Below are positions 20,008-29,681 of a stretch of 64,000 nt of DNA, piece by piece. A program made the position numbers and the translations under genes. Source of the DNA: a virus (Duplodnaviria; Caudoviricetes); IMG/VR virus record IMGVR_UViG_3300023055_000005. One strand, given 5' to 3'. A model generated the notes under the pieces. It worked only from the letters and a program-made list of their open reading frames with translations. It did not search any database and was not told the origin of the DNA. Each line of letters opens with the position of its first letter. Within the stretch, counting starts at the first letter, position 1.

Positions 20008-22482
20008 ATGCGAATTGAAAAGGTCGAGCTCGTAGGATATACACGTCTCGCAACGTTGAATAACATCCACGAGTTCATCTATACCCCCACCTCGGATTAC
20101 CAGCTGATCCTGGGGACCAATGGGTGCGGCAAGAGTTCGGTGATGCGTGAGTTGTCCCCGCTCCCGGCGAACAAGGACGACTTCGTGAAGGGTGGTCGAA
20201 AGGTCGTCCACCTCACCCATGAAAACAGCTATTACATCTTCACCTCTCTGATGACGGGTGGCACTGGCAAGCACAGTGTCCTCAAAGACGGCGTGGAGTT
20301 GAACACCAGTGGACTGGTCACTCTCCAACGTGATCTGGTCAAGCAGGAAGTGGGACTGGATCAGGAACTGCATGATCTGCTCACCGACCGTATCCGCTTC
20401 AGTCGGATGAAGGCCAACGATCGTCGCCATTGGGCAACCCGTCTGTCCACGGCTGACTACCGCTACGTCATGGTCAAGTACAAGGAGTTCGCTACTCGTG
20501 CTCGTGACGCGGAAGGTTCGATCAAGGAGTACGAGCGCCGCGTGATCCAACAGACCACCCGTCTGCTGGCACTGGAGGACATGGACAACCTTGATACCCG
20601 CATTGCTGACCTGACAGCAGAGTTGGTTGAACTGTTCTCCCAGCGCAAGTCTGACCTGCCGCATTTGAACGCGGTGTGGCATCAGTACAACAACAGCATC
20701 GAACAGATCGAGCGTGATGCCAAGGCATTGCTGAAGATCAACTCGTTCTTCCCGGCACAGTACAGCTTCACCAACGTCGAGCAGATGCAGGCGCACATCC
20801 ACAAGCTCCAGGAAGACCTCAGCGGCGCACGGGGACGCTTCGACGTATACTCCCGCGACTACGCAGACATGGAGACTGTGATACGCGCTCTGGAGGAATC
20901 TGGGGCAGACAGCTTGGACAAGCTGCGCGAGATGCAGGACAAGCTTGGTCGTGACATTGCAGCCATTGATGAGCAGGTCATCAACTTCTCCAATGCAAGT
21001 CCGAACAAGAACACCCTGTCTGATTCCCACGACGTCATCAACACCTTCGTGGATATCTTCTCCAGTCTGCCGGACAACACCAACCGCTACTACACCAAGC
21101 AGCGGCGTGAGGAAGTGCGTACCGAGCTGACTGACCTGAAGCGCCAGATCCAAGGCGAGGAGAACAAGGTCGCCTCGGTTGAACGTCGAGTCGAGATGAT
21201 CATGGCGGCCAAGGATTCCACCTGTCCCAAGTGCGGGTATGTGTGGAAGGAAGGTGTCAGCGAGAACGAGGTGGAGGGTCTGCTGGAAAGCAAGGCCATG
21301 CTGGAAGCTGGCGTGAAGATCTTGGAAGGGCGCTGCGTTGACCATGAGCGCTATCTGGAAGAGATCGACACGATCGCCTTGCAGTACACCCGCTACACCA
21401 AGCTGTGCCACGACTATCCGCGTCTGTCGCCTCTGTGGGACTACGTGGCAGCCAACAACTGCATGTCCTCCAATCCCAAGATGCACTCCGGGATGATTCA
21501 CACGTGGATCAACGAGGCAACGCTGTTGGTGGAACGTGCGCAGAAGGCTGAAGACCTCGATCACATCCAAGCTGCTCTGCGTAAGTCCGACCTCACCGGT
21601 GGTGGGGAAGGTGCGCATTACAGCAAGCGACTGGCTCGACTGGAGCAGGACATTGCTACCACGTCCAACGAGATTGCACACCTGAGCAGTGAGATCTCCT
21701 CGCTGACCACGGTCAAGTCTCGTATCGACGAACAGTTGGCGCGCTTTGCTGATCTGACCATCCGCATGGCTCAGGCCTACGAGCATGTGCAAAAGCTCGT
21801 GGAGATCGAAAAGAACAATGGCGTTGAAGGGGTGATCTCTACCCACCAGACTCAGCTGGCAGCATTGCAGCAGAAGATGACGGAGAAGATCACACTGACG
21901 GCGATCATTGAAGACCTGAAGAAGGCGATGGAGGAAATGGAAGTCCGTCGTCGGGCGCTGCGGATCATCGAAGAAGAGCTCTCTCCCAAGAGCGGCTTGA
22001 TCGCTTCGCTGGTGCTGGGTTTCATCAACGCGCTCACAGATCACATGAACTCTGTCATCGCTCCCATCTGGGAGTACGACATGGCCATCCAGTCTTGTTC
22101 GATGGCAGAAGGCGATCTGGATTACAAGTTCCCGTTCATGGTGGCAGCTAACAGCAAGGCCATCAGTGACGTGTCGGAAGGGTCGGATGGTCAGGTGGAG
22201 TTGTTTGACTTCGCCTTCAAGTTGACGGCAATGGTTTACCTCAACCTGCAGAGCTACCCGCTCTGGCTGGATGAGCTGGGCAAGTACTTCGATGAGAAGC
22301 ACCGGTCCAACCTGATGATGTTCCTGAAGAGCGTAGTGGATGATCGCACGATCACGCAGGTGTTCCTCACCTCCCACTCGGCTACTCAGTACATCACCAT
22401 GAACCAAGCCCAAGCCTGCGTTCTGAACCCGGCCAACATCGTGGTGCCTGAAATCCACAACGAGCACGTGGTAATGCACTGA
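20008..22482 (+). CDS. sbcC: SbcC/Rad50-like SMC ATPase (phiKZ gp165-like)
   Basis: True start MRIEKVEL at 20008; Walker A GTNGCGKS; zinc hook CPKCG; long coiled coils; signature-like SEGSDGQ; Walker B LWLDE; H-loop LTSH. Confidence 0.9.
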   Translation: MRIEKVELVGYTRLATLNNIHEFIYTPTSDYQLILGTNGCGKSSVMRELSPLPANKDDFVKGGRKVVHLTHENSYYIFTSLMTGGTGKHSVLKDGVELNTSGLVTLQRDLVKQEVGLDQELHDLLTDRIRFSRMKANDRRHWATRLSTADYRYVMVKYKEFATRARDAEGSIKEYERRVIQQTTRLLALEDMDNLDTRIADLTAELVELFSQRKSDLPHLNAVWHQYNNSIEQIERDAKALLKINSFFPAQYSFTNVEQMQAHIHKLQEDLSGARGRFDVYSRDYADMETVIRALEESGADSLDKLREMQDKLGRDIAAIDEQVINFSNASPNKNTLSDSHDVINTFVDIFSSLPDNTNRYYTKQRREEVRTELTDLKRQIQGEENKVASVERRVEMIMAAKDSTCPKCGYVWKEGVSENEVEGLLESKAMLEAGVKILEGRCVDHERYLEEIDTIALQYTRYTKLCHDYPRLSPLWDYVAANNCMSSNPKMHSGMIHTWINEATLLVERAQKAEDLDHIQAALRKSDLTGGGEGAHYSKRLARLEQDIATTSNEIAHLSSEISSLTTVKSRIDEQLARFADLTIRMAQAYEHVQKLVEIEKNNGVEGVISTHQTQLAALQQKMTEKITLTAIIEDLKKAMEEMEVRRRALRIIEEELSPKSGLIASLVLGFINALTDHMNSVIAPIWEYDMAIQSCSMAEGDLDYKFPFMVAANSKAISDVSEGSDGQVELFDFAFKLTAMVYLNLQSYPLWLDELGKYFDEKHRSNLMMFLKSVVDDRTITQVFLTSHSATQYITMNQAQACVLNPANIVVPEIHNEHVVMH

Positions 22483-22493
22483 AGGAGAAATCG

Positions 22494-22916
22494 ATGGCAA
22501 CTGATTTTGTGGAAAAGAAGTTCACGGCAGCCGAAGTGGCTGCCTTGCTCACCTCGGCCGATGACATGGGCGGTGGTCTGATCAACATCTTCGGCAACGA
22601 CGTTGCCAATGTGCTGGTCACCGAAGGCGCTGACACGGAGAACATCCGTAAGCACTATCGCGCCACCTTGCAGGCAGTCAGCGAAGGGTTCATGGACCTG
22701 CGTGCCCCGAACGTACAGATGACGGTCTTCGTCAATCTGGTGCGCCGGATCATCCAGTCCACCCCGACTCCGGTCACCGAGATGGACAAGAACATCAAAC
22801 GTCTCTTGTCGCGCTGTTACTTCACCAGCACCTTCTCGGCAAGCCTGTTGAAGCACATGCACTTCGATCGCATGGCCCAGAGCCAGTACGTGTACATGGT
22901 TCGTGATGCGGCATAG
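22494..22916 (+). CDS. Hypothetical protein
   Basis: 140 aa; AAGGAG RBS; ends at a hairpin. Confidence 0.65.
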   Translation: MATDFVEKKFTAAEVAALLTSADDMGGGLINIFGNDVANVLVTEGADTENIRKHYRATLQAVSEGFMDLRAPNVQMTVFVNLVRRIIQSTPTPVTEMDKNIKRLLSRCYFTSTFSASLLKHMHFDRMAQSQYVYMVRDAA

Positions 22917-22945
22917 AGGGAGGGGCTTCGGCCCCTCCCCTTATG
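22910..22945. terminator. CATA-hairpin-TATG element between convergent genes
   Basis: GGGAGGGGC-ttcg-GCCCCTCCC. Confidence 0.75.
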
Positions 22946-22948
22946 TTG

Positions 22949-23815
22949 TTACTTGTAGACGCGCTTGAGGTGGTCGAAGCCTTCGCGGTAGGCGTTGGCT
23001 GCCAGCACGGCGTGGTAGTACAGCGTGCTCAGCGCTTCGGCACGCGAGGCCAGGCGCCAGCCCATCTCGGCCATGACCTTCAGCTGCGGACCGGAGATGC
23101 GCTCGAAGCCCGGCTCTCGGTTGGTGATGCGCTTGGCCAGCTCACGCATCAGTTCGTCGGCACGGTCGAGGAAGCCGTTGAGCTTGCTCAGGTCCAGCTC
23201 GTTCATCATCAGCGCCAGATCGTTCAGACGGGCACCGGTGCGGTCGTAGGAACCGACGTTGGGATACAGCGAACCGAAGGGACGCGTCTTCAGCTGGTTG
23301 CTGCTGGAATCGGAGAAGCAGGCCAGCAGGCCCTGCAGGGTTTCGGCCGGTGCCTTGTCCGAGAGCATGTTGTGACGGCTGGAGGTGACGCTCTGCAGCT
23401 TGGTCGGTTCACCCAGCATCTCGCCCAGCCAGCCCACGCAGTCCGGCAGCTCGGTCACGGCAAAGCCGCAGAGATCCTTGTAGGCCTTGTGGAGCTCTTC
23501 GACCATGGACGGGTAGTCGCTCACCAGGCCACGCGGGATCGGCATCTCCGCCACAGCCAGCGAGGTGTAGGGGAACTTGGCGACGAAGTTGTGGATGGTC
23601 AGCGTGTTGAAGCCAGCACGCACCTTCAGATCCTTGCTGAAAGCCTGCTTCAGGTAGGCACTCACGCCCTTGACGAAGGTGTCAAGGCGGCCGGTGAAGG
23701 CATTGAGATACTGGTCCCCGTTCATCGACTCGGTCGAGATATGCTCGCTGAGCTGGTGTACTTCTTCCAGGCTCTGTTCTTCTTCGGTGTCTTCGGGCAG
23801 ATCGATGTAGTTCAT
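22949..23815 (-). CDS. Probable head protein with acidic propeptide (phiKZ gp153-like)
   Basis: Probable start MNYIDLPE at 23815 (288 aa); acidic N-terminus with S-x-E motifs (SLE, STE); divergent from uvsX. Confidence 0.6.
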   Translation of the reverse strand: MNYIDLPEDTEEEQSLEEVHQLSEHISTESMNGDQYLNAFTGRLDTFVKGVSAYLKQAFSKDLKVRAGFNTLTIHNFVAKFPYTSLAVAEMPIPRGLVSDYPSMVEELHKAYKDLCGFAVTELPDCVGWLGEMLGEPTKLQSVTSSRHNMLSDKAPAETLQGLLACFSDSSSNQLKTRPFGSLYPNVGSYDRTGARLNDLALMMNELDLSKLNGFLDRADELMRELAKRITNREPGFERISGPQLKVMAEMGWRLASRAEALSTLYYHAVLAANAYREGFDHLKRVYK

Positions 23816-23924
23816 TCGAGTTCCTTGACTCAATGTTGAAAAGGGTGCGTGCGGAACGCTGCTCATAAAAATAAACGTACGGACGCTATCGTTTGATGAT
23901 TTCACAGACAACAGGTGTGCAAAA

Positions 23925-25331
23925 ATGTCGTTGATTGGTGGCTTTACCCAGGCTCCGGAATTCCGCCCGAACCTGAACATCGGTGCGTGCCTTGACATTC
24001 CGACCGGCAACTATTTCAAAGGCATCCACGATGAGATGATTCTCAACGGTGGCCTGAGCCATACGACCGGCATCGTGGCGCGTGCGAACATGCACAAGTC
24101 CTCGTTGATGCATCACATGTACCTCACGACCCTGGACCGACATCGTTCGGCTGAGGGCAACTCTTATGACACCGAGTATTCGCTGGGCAACCCGCGCTTG
24201 ATGTCGCTGGCCAAGCACATGCCGAACATCGGCGGCCGCAACCTGTTGGCCGAAGGCCGACTGAGCATCACCACGCCTGCCGAACAGGAAGGTGACGAAT
24301 GGTTCGAGACCGTTCGTGAGATGATCGAAACCAAGAACAAGAACAAGTCGTTCCGTCAGCTGACCCCGTTCGTGGATTCGCAGGGACAGCAGATGTCGTT
24401 CCTGTACCCGACCCCGATGGAACTGGACAGCATCAGCCAGTTTGAAGTCTCCACGATCACCAAGAAGCGTGAAGACAACAACATCGGCGCCAAGGAACAG
24501 AACCCGCTGGAAATGCACGCGGCCATGGCCAAGAGCCAGATGGTTCGCCAGATGCCGAAGCTGGCTGCGGCCGGTGGCATGTACATCATGATGACTGCCC
24601 ACGTTGGCGACGTCATCAACATGGATCCGCACAAGCCGGCACCGAAGAAGTTCGCCATGATGAAGGGCGACGCCAAGGTCAAGGACACCCCGGAAAAGTT
24701 CACCTTCCTGCTGAACAACTGCTGGCACATCACCCGTGCACAGCCGCTGATCAACAAGCTCAACGGCACGCCCGAATTCCCGCGTGGTCCGGACGATGCA
24801 CTGAAGGGTGACACCGACCTGATGGCCATCTCGATGGTCAACCTGCGTGGCAAGTTCGGTCCGTCCGGTCTTCCGATCGAACTGCTGTGCTCGCAGTCTG
24901 ATGGCCTGCTGCCGACCCTGAGCGAGTTCTACTACCTGAAGAACTCCGACGGCTTCGGCCTGGGTGGTCACGACCGCGCGTACTTCCTGGACCTGCTGCC
25001 GGATGTGAAGATGCAGCGCACCACCGTTCGCGGCAAGTGCGGCGAAGACAAGACCTTGCAGCGTGCGATGGAGATCACCTCCGAACTCTGCCAGCTGGTC
25101 AATCTGCGTCACGACTTCGACCGCTCGCTGCTGTGCACCCCGGCGGATCTGTACAAGGATCTGAAGGAGCGCGGCTACGATTGGGATGAACTGCTCAACG
25201 GTACTCGTGGCTACTGGCTGTTCGAGAACGATGAGAAGATCGAACCCAAGAAGTTCCTCTCCACGGCCGACCTGCTGCGCATGCGTAAGGGTCTGTACAA
25301 GCCGTGGTGGTACGACGGCGCGGCGCGTTAA
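23925..25331 (+). CDS. uvsX: RecA/UvsX-like recombinase (phiKZ gp152-like)
   Basis: P-loop-like GIVARANMHKSS; YDTEYS; Walker-B-like MELDSIS; MMTAHVG; DLMAISMVNLRGKFGPSG. Confidence 0.8.
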   Translation: MSLIGGFTQAPEFRPNLNIGACLDIPTGNYFKGIHDEMILNGGLSHTTGIVARANMHKSSLMHHMYLTTLDRHRSAEGNSYDTEYSLGNPRLMSLAKHMPNIGGRNLLAEGRLSITTPAEQEGDEWFETVREMIETKNKNKSFRQLTPFVDSQGQQMSFLYPTPMELDSISQFEVSTITKKREDNNIGAKEQNPLEMHAAMAKSQMVRQMPKLAAAGGMYIMMTAHVGDVINMDPHKPAPKKFAMMKGDAKVKDTPEKFTFLLNNCWHITRAQPLINKLNGTPEFPRGPDDALKGDTDLMAISMVNLRGKFGPSGLPIELLCSQSDGLLPTLSEFYYLKNSDGFGLGGHDRAYFLDLLPDVKMQRTTVRGKCGEDKTLQRAMEITSELCQLVNLRHDFDRSLLCTPADLYKDLKERGYDWDELLNGTRGYWLFENDEKIEPKKFLSTADLLRMRKGLYKPWWYDGAAR

Positions 25332-25355
25332 GCGCCGCTTTCATGAGACAGGACA

Positions 25356-25655
25356 ATGCGTTCACAATTCCCCGAAGTGGTGGAGAAGCTGATCAAGATC
25401 TTTGATCAGCACGGACGGGGGCTGCGCGATGTGCAGCTCCTGCTCAACGACACCTGCCCGGCTGGCTGGAGCCATCTGAGCAACGAGAGCATCATCGAGG
25501 CAGTCAACAAGAACCTGCGCATCAAGCTGGGTCTGTTGGCTGTCGATACCTTCGATGCCCGCGAGTGCCTGATTCAGGAAGACTCCGTGGGGGACTGGGT
25601 TTACGGCTTCAAGACCTACGTGATGCCCGCGCTGGTAAAGCACGAGCTGGTCTGA
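25356..25655 (+). CDS. Hypothetical protein
   Basis: 99 aa; stop overlaps the next start (TGATG). Confidence 0.6.
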   Translation: MRSQFPEVVEKLIKIFDQHGRGLRDVQLLLNDTCPAGWSHLSNESIIEAVNKNLRIKLGLLAVDTFDARECLIQEDSVGDWVYGFKTYVMPALVKHELV

Positions 25656-26098
25656 TGGTCAACACAAACGAATCGCAAGCGGACGAGCTGAAGGTCATCG
25701 TTGCGGGTAGCCGTGGCTACTCGAACTATGACTTCGTCCAAGCGCACTTGAAGCTTCTGCTCAAGCGTCGCGGAAAGTTCACCGTGGTCAGTGGCTTGGA
25801 AAAGACTGGCCCGGATATGTTAGGCGTTCGATTCGCCAAAGAGAACGACCTGAAAGTTGAAGGCCATGCTCCGGCATGGGACGACCTGGAAGCTCCGGGC
25901 GCGGTGATCAAAACGAATAAGTATGACAAGCAGTACAACGCCAAAGCGGGTATGGACCGCAATCTCGCTATGGCGCAAACTGCCAACGTACTGGTCGCTT
26001 TCTGGGACGCTAAGTCCCCTGGCACTCGCAACATGATCATGGAAGCGAGGAAGCTGAACCTGGAAGTGATCGTGTTCATCGTGAACTTGGAGAAGTAG
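25655..26098 (+). CDS. YspA/cpYpsA-related SLOG-family protein (DUF2493-like)
   Basis: KVIVAGSRGYSNYDFV; VVSGLEKTGPDMLG; GMDRNLAMA; LVAFWDAKSPGTRNMI. Confidence 0.85.
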   Translation: MVNTNESQADELKVIVAGSRGYSNYDFVQAHLKLLLKRRGKFTVVSGLEKTGPDMLGVRFAKENDLKVEGHAPAWDDLEAPGAVIKTNKYDKQYNAKAGMDRNLAMAQTANVLVAFWDAKSPGTRNMIMEARKLNLEVIVFIVNLEK

Positions 26099-26099
26099 C

Positions 26100-26780
26100 G
26101 TGGCGACGAAAAATCGTAAGGCGGCCGTTGACTTTTATGTCGACGTGCTCACTGACATGCTGGGCAGTCGCGAGCAGGCCCTGTGGCACAAGGAGAACCT
26201 CCTCGACCCGATGAGTGATGAGGAGTTCGACTCGCTGATGGCCAAGTATGCCAGTGGCGAAGAGATCGCCCCGATCATCGTGCCCAACATGACCAACGTC
26301 AAGTTGAAGATGGAACGGAATCTGGCCGTGGCCAAGAAGCACGGCATTGCGATCTTCCAGCGCATCGAAATGACCGACGCCGTTACTGGCGTGACGTTCA
26401 TCACCCCGAAGGAATACATGGTGGTGGACATGCCCGTGCGTCTGCAGGTGGAGCAGCTGGACAAGAAGATCAAGATCCCCGAAGACAACAAGCACGTCGA
26501 TGAACGCACTGGTCAGCCGACTGGTCCGTCCAAGGGCAGCTCGGTGTCCTTCCCGGAACTGCAGGTCATGTCTGCCCAGGGCTTCAACGCGGCGATCAAG
26601 GAACTGCTGCGCTGGCGTGGTGGTGATGAGATTGGCTTCCAAGCCATGAACCGTCAGATCGTGGACAACGGCACCGTGCGTTTGGAAACGCTCGCTCGAC
26701 TGCCGACCAAGGTCAAGAGTACCGAAACGCTGGGCGCCTACCTGATGGCTGCTCATCTGGACAACAATCTGAATCTTTGA
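26100..26780 (+). CDS. Virion RNA polymerase beta subunit, C-terminal part (phiKZ gp149-like)
   Basis: PVRLQVEQLDKKIKIP; RTGQPTGPSKGSSVSFPELQVMSAQG resembles the beta C-terminal GGQRFGEMEVWALEAYG region; RWRGGD. Confidence 0.8.
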   Translation: MATKNRKAAVDFYVDVLTDMLGSREQALWHKENLLDPMSDEEFDSLMAKYASGEEIAPIIVPNMTNVKLKMERNLAVAKKHGIAIFQRIEMTDAVTGVTFITPKEYMVVDMPVRLQVEQLDKKIKIPEDNKHVDERTGQPTGPSKGSSVSFPELQVMSAQGFNAAIKELLRWRGGDEIGFQAMNRQIVDNGTVRLETLARLPTKVKSTETLGAYLMAAHLDNNLNL

Positions 26781-26791
26781 GGTAGCTTTCC

Positions 26792-27325
26792 ATGGAACGC
26801 GTGCAATCCTTCGGCGAGAGTGTCAACGCCATCTTCGATGCCGTCTTTGTCAACCAGCTTCGTCTGGCCGGACAGGGGCGCATGACCGAGAAGTACTTCG
26901 GCACCCTGATGGAGCAGCTGGAGGAGTTCGCCCATAACTCGAACGTGGCTCTGCTGCCCAGTGGCGACCAGGCGGTGATCGAGCAGTGGGTCGAACTGCG
27001 CGCCAACATCGACATGTTCAAGCTGATCATGAACATCACCATGGAGCTGCGCTTCCATCTCAGCTCAGTTGGTCAGTGGAACGATGTCGTGGGAGCTATC
27101 TCCCGTGCGGCAAGTCGGATCGCCCATTCTCCGTGGATTGAGTCGGAGGATCCCAGCTATCGGGCCCACTCCCGCAGTGAGGAGGAGCTGCTGAAGCTCT
27201 TGGACGAGAACCACTGGCTGGTGGCTACCCAGTTGCTGTACTGGTCCTTGCAGCGTGTCATGGGTGACCAGCGTGCCCTGAAGATCTCCTTCGCGCAGGA
27301 ACAGGAAGATGAGAACAGCAAGTGA
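26792..27325 (+). CDS. Hypothetical protein
   Basis: 177 aa; GAGG RBS; operon-like spacing. Confidence 0.6.
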   Translation: MERVQSFGESVNAIFDAVFVNQLRLAGQGRMTEKYFGTLMEQLEEFAHNSNVALLPSGDQAVIEQWVELRANIDMFKLIMNITMELRFHLSSVGQWNDVVGAISRAASRIAHSPWIESEDPSYRAHSRSEEELLKLLDENHWLVATQLLYWSLQRVMGDQRALKISFAQEQEDENSK

Positions 27326-28040
27326 TGATATCCATCACCGCATCCACGTAATGCTGGATGTGCTGCTGGACACCCGGATCGCCACTGTGGCAGGGATCAA
27401 TGGTGAGGCTGCTGCACGGATGCTTGGTAATCCCGAGTATCTGGAGCGCCTCAACGATGACATGGAAGCCATCACCGAAGGGGCAGTCACCAACGCCGCC
27501 TACCGTGATGCCTACGCCAAGCGTGATCTTGTCACCCTGGCCTTGTCTCGTCCCACTGGGGCATTCAAGGCGCTGGATGATCTGAAGCGCTCCCTGGCTG
27601 CCAACATCCCCAATACTCCCTTCGCCGATGGTTTCGCTTTCGAGATCAACGTCTGGCCTTACCGGATGGACGAAGATGAGAAGCGCGATGTTGAAACCGC
27701 TGTTGCTTACTGGCTCGGTGCGCGAACCAGTATCAAGGTGGTTGACATCCCGATGGCCGACCTGACCCCTTACCGGTTGTCCGGTGGGTACAGCGCCGTG
27801 TTCCTCTACTCGCTGGACGAGTGGGCAAGGCTGCACGGTAAGGAGGCAATGCATACTCCCATTCGTGATGTGACGCTGTTCTGTCCGCGGCTTTACAAGG
27901 ACCGGGCGCTCACCATGGAAGAGTGCATCATCGCCCCGGATAGTTCGGCACTGGATCCCTTTGCCGAGACCGTGAACATGTGGCGTGACTTTGTGGGCAT
28001 CGTCTTTTTCCCGGCGGCCGTCTACTCGATCATGTCCTAA
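27309..28040 (+). CDS. Conserved hypothetical protein (degenerate HAD-like N-terminus LDVLLDTR)
   Basis: 243 aa; overlaps the upstream gene by 17 nt; ends at a hairpin. Confidence 0.6.
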   Translation: MRTASDDIHHRIHVMLDVLLDTRIATVAGINGEAAARMLGNPEYLERLNDDMEAITEGAVTNAAYRDAYAKRDLVTLALSRPTGAFKALDDLKRSLAANIPNTPFADGFAFEINVWPYRMDEDEKRDVETAVAYWLGARTSIKVVDIPMADLTPYRLSGGYSAVFLYSLDEWARLHGKEAMHTPIRDVTLFCPRLYKDRALTMEECIIAPDSSALDPFAETVNMWRDFVGIVFFPAAVYSIMS

Positions 28041-28041
28041 C

Positions 28042-28071
28042 GGCATACAGGCAGGGCGCAAGCCCTGCCTG
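28042..28071. terminator. GGCATA-hairpin element between convergent genes
   Basis: CAGGCAGGGC-gcaa-GCCCTGCCTG. Confidence 0.7.
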
Positions 28072-28082
28072 CTGCTATACCC

Positions 28083-28568
28083 TTAATGGGATCCGATCTC
28101 TTCTTCGACCGGTGCCTTGACACCCTGTCGCTGCATGCGGGCAGTGAACTCGGAGTAGTTCTCCGACGACACACCCACTTCAGTTTCACCTTCCACGAAC
28201 ACAGGTTCGGGAAGACGCGATGCGTCCTCGGCCTCGTAGGCCTTGCGACCCTTGGCCGCGTTCTCTTTCAAGAATGGATCGGTGGAGCCATCGTCCTTGA
28301 ACATGCGCACCACTGCGCTTGCCACCAGACGATCGTTCTCTGCACCCTTCTCCTGGATGCCGAGCTTCTTCTTGGTCAGTGCCGTCTTGTCCATATCCGA
28401 CAGGGCCTTGAGCACGACCGCCCCGCCTTTCGGATCTGCGGTGAGGTCAACGTCCTTGTCTTTGACCAGTTCGATGCGCCGTGCCTGGGTGTACTTCAGG
28501 ATGGCATCGTCGTCACCGGGATCGGATGGCATGTAGCGATCAGCCAGCCGTTTGCTTGGTTCCTGCAT
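28083..28568 (-). CDS. Hypothetical protein
   Basis: 161 aa, charged; GGAG RBS upstream; converges on a hairpin. Confidence 0.6.
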   Translation of the reverse strand: MQEPSKRLADRYMPSDPGDDDAILKYTQARRIELVKDKDVDLTADPKGGAVVLKALSDMDKTALTKKKLGIQEKGAENDRLVASAVVRMFKDDGSTDPFLKENAAKGRKAYEAEDASRLPEPVFVEGETEVGVSSENYSEFTARMQRQGVKAPVEEEIGSH

Positions 28569-28590
28569 AGCTGTTCTCCATTGAAAAAAA

Positions 28591-28607
28591 TCACAAGCCT
28601 ATATCAT
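28591..28607 (+). promoter_or_regulatory. Putative early (vRNAP) promoter
   Basis: TCACAAGCCTATATCAT in an A-rich context; matches the copies at 51477 and 61264. Confidence 0.5.
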
Positions 28608-28635
28608 TCATGGGAAGCTGCATTCAAGAGGTTAC

Positions 28636-29154
28636 ATGAACATCTTCAAAAGTCTTATCCGGAAGCTCGGATTTGGCAGGCTGCGGGAAGAAGTAGTGAA
28701 GGATCGCCTTCAAAAAGAAGCCACGCCGCTGCTGTATCGCAACAAGGAACTCCTGGCTCTGCTGGAACCCTTCGGGAAAGAAATCCCTCGGTCCGTGCTT
28801 CGCCAGACAAAGCTCACCACCCGCATTGATGGGATGGAGGCGCTTATCTCTTCCTTGATGCTGACAGCTCACGGCATTAAGACTGGCGACGGGTTCCCGC
28901 CCTCCGCCGTCGTCTCCATCCAACGCGATCCCGAGTTGCGTTCGTTGGAGGAGTTCCTGGTCACCATGGACGGTCACGTCCTGAGTGTCAACGAGGCCCT
29001 ACCGATGCTGCATGAGTTCTACGGTAGGCTGATCAACGCAATCGAAACCAAGAAAGAAAACGAGGGGTACTTTCAGCGCGTTAACGAGAAGTTGTTGGAG
29101 GATGTGGCCGAAGTTGTGGCCGCGTTTAGCTTGATAGCCAGAAAATGGAGTTAA
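28636..29154 (+). CDS. Hypothetical protein (first gene after a putative early promoter)
   Basis: 172 aa; GAGG RBS; weaker codon bias than the core genes. Confidence 0.6.
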   Translation: MNIFKSLIRKLGFGRLREEVVKDRLQKEATPLLYRNKELLALLEPFGKEIPRSVLRQTKLTTRIDGMEALISSLMLTAHGIKTGDGFPPSAVVSIQRDPELRSLEEFLVTMDGHVLSVNEALPMLHEFYGRLINAIETKKENEGYFQRVNEKLLEDVAEVVAAFSLIARKWS

Positions 29155-29210
29155 TGTCGAAGTGATCGGCATCTTCTGTTTCACAATGGCCCTGGGAATT
29201 CCCGGCAGCC

Positions 29211-29681
29211 ATGACCGATAAAATCAACCGACTGCTATCACTTCCTGACAAAGGAAGAATGAAGGCGGTAGGTGAACTGACGCGTCTCTGGCGGGAAGTA
29301 CTCGCAGAGCGGCAGATCGGTCCGTTACACTGGGGCAAGTTGATGGTAGACCACATCAACAAGTCTCACGGTCGTTCCAAAACGCATTCCAAACAACGGT
29401 CAACCGAGCGTGGCAATCTCAACAGGCAGTTGGCTCAAAACAACCTGTCATGGAGAATGTTCCGGCGTGCGATCCGCTTCTTGAACCCCAAAAGATCGTG
29501 GGTTGAGTTTCATTCGGAATGGGATGAGGGACCGAACACAGTGATCTCCTTGGACATCTACAAACGTCCTGGGGAAAATCTCGTGCCGGTTAAACCCTCT
29601 GGAGAGAAGTTTGATTTCGGAGAAGAGCTGCAAGATGTCGAGCGAGACCCCCGCAAACGAAACAGTCGCTCCGGTAACTGA
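29211..29681 (+). CDS. Hypothetical basic protein
   Basis: 156 aa, Arg/Lys-rich; AT-richer codon usage. Confidence 0.55.
   Translation: MTDKINRLLSLPDKGRMKAVGELTRLWREVLAERQIGPLHWGKLMVDHINKSHGRSKTHSKQRSTERGNLNRQLAQNNLSWRMFRRAIRFLNPKRSWVEFHSEWDEGPNTVISLDIYKRPGENLVPVKPSGEKFDFGEELQDVERDPRKRNSRSGN

Noticed and set aside
23816-24010. 65-aa N-terminal extension of the gp153-like ORF
   Set aside because: It crosses an AT-rich divergent promoter gap and overlaps the uvsX start; MNYIDLPE at 23815 is the better start.
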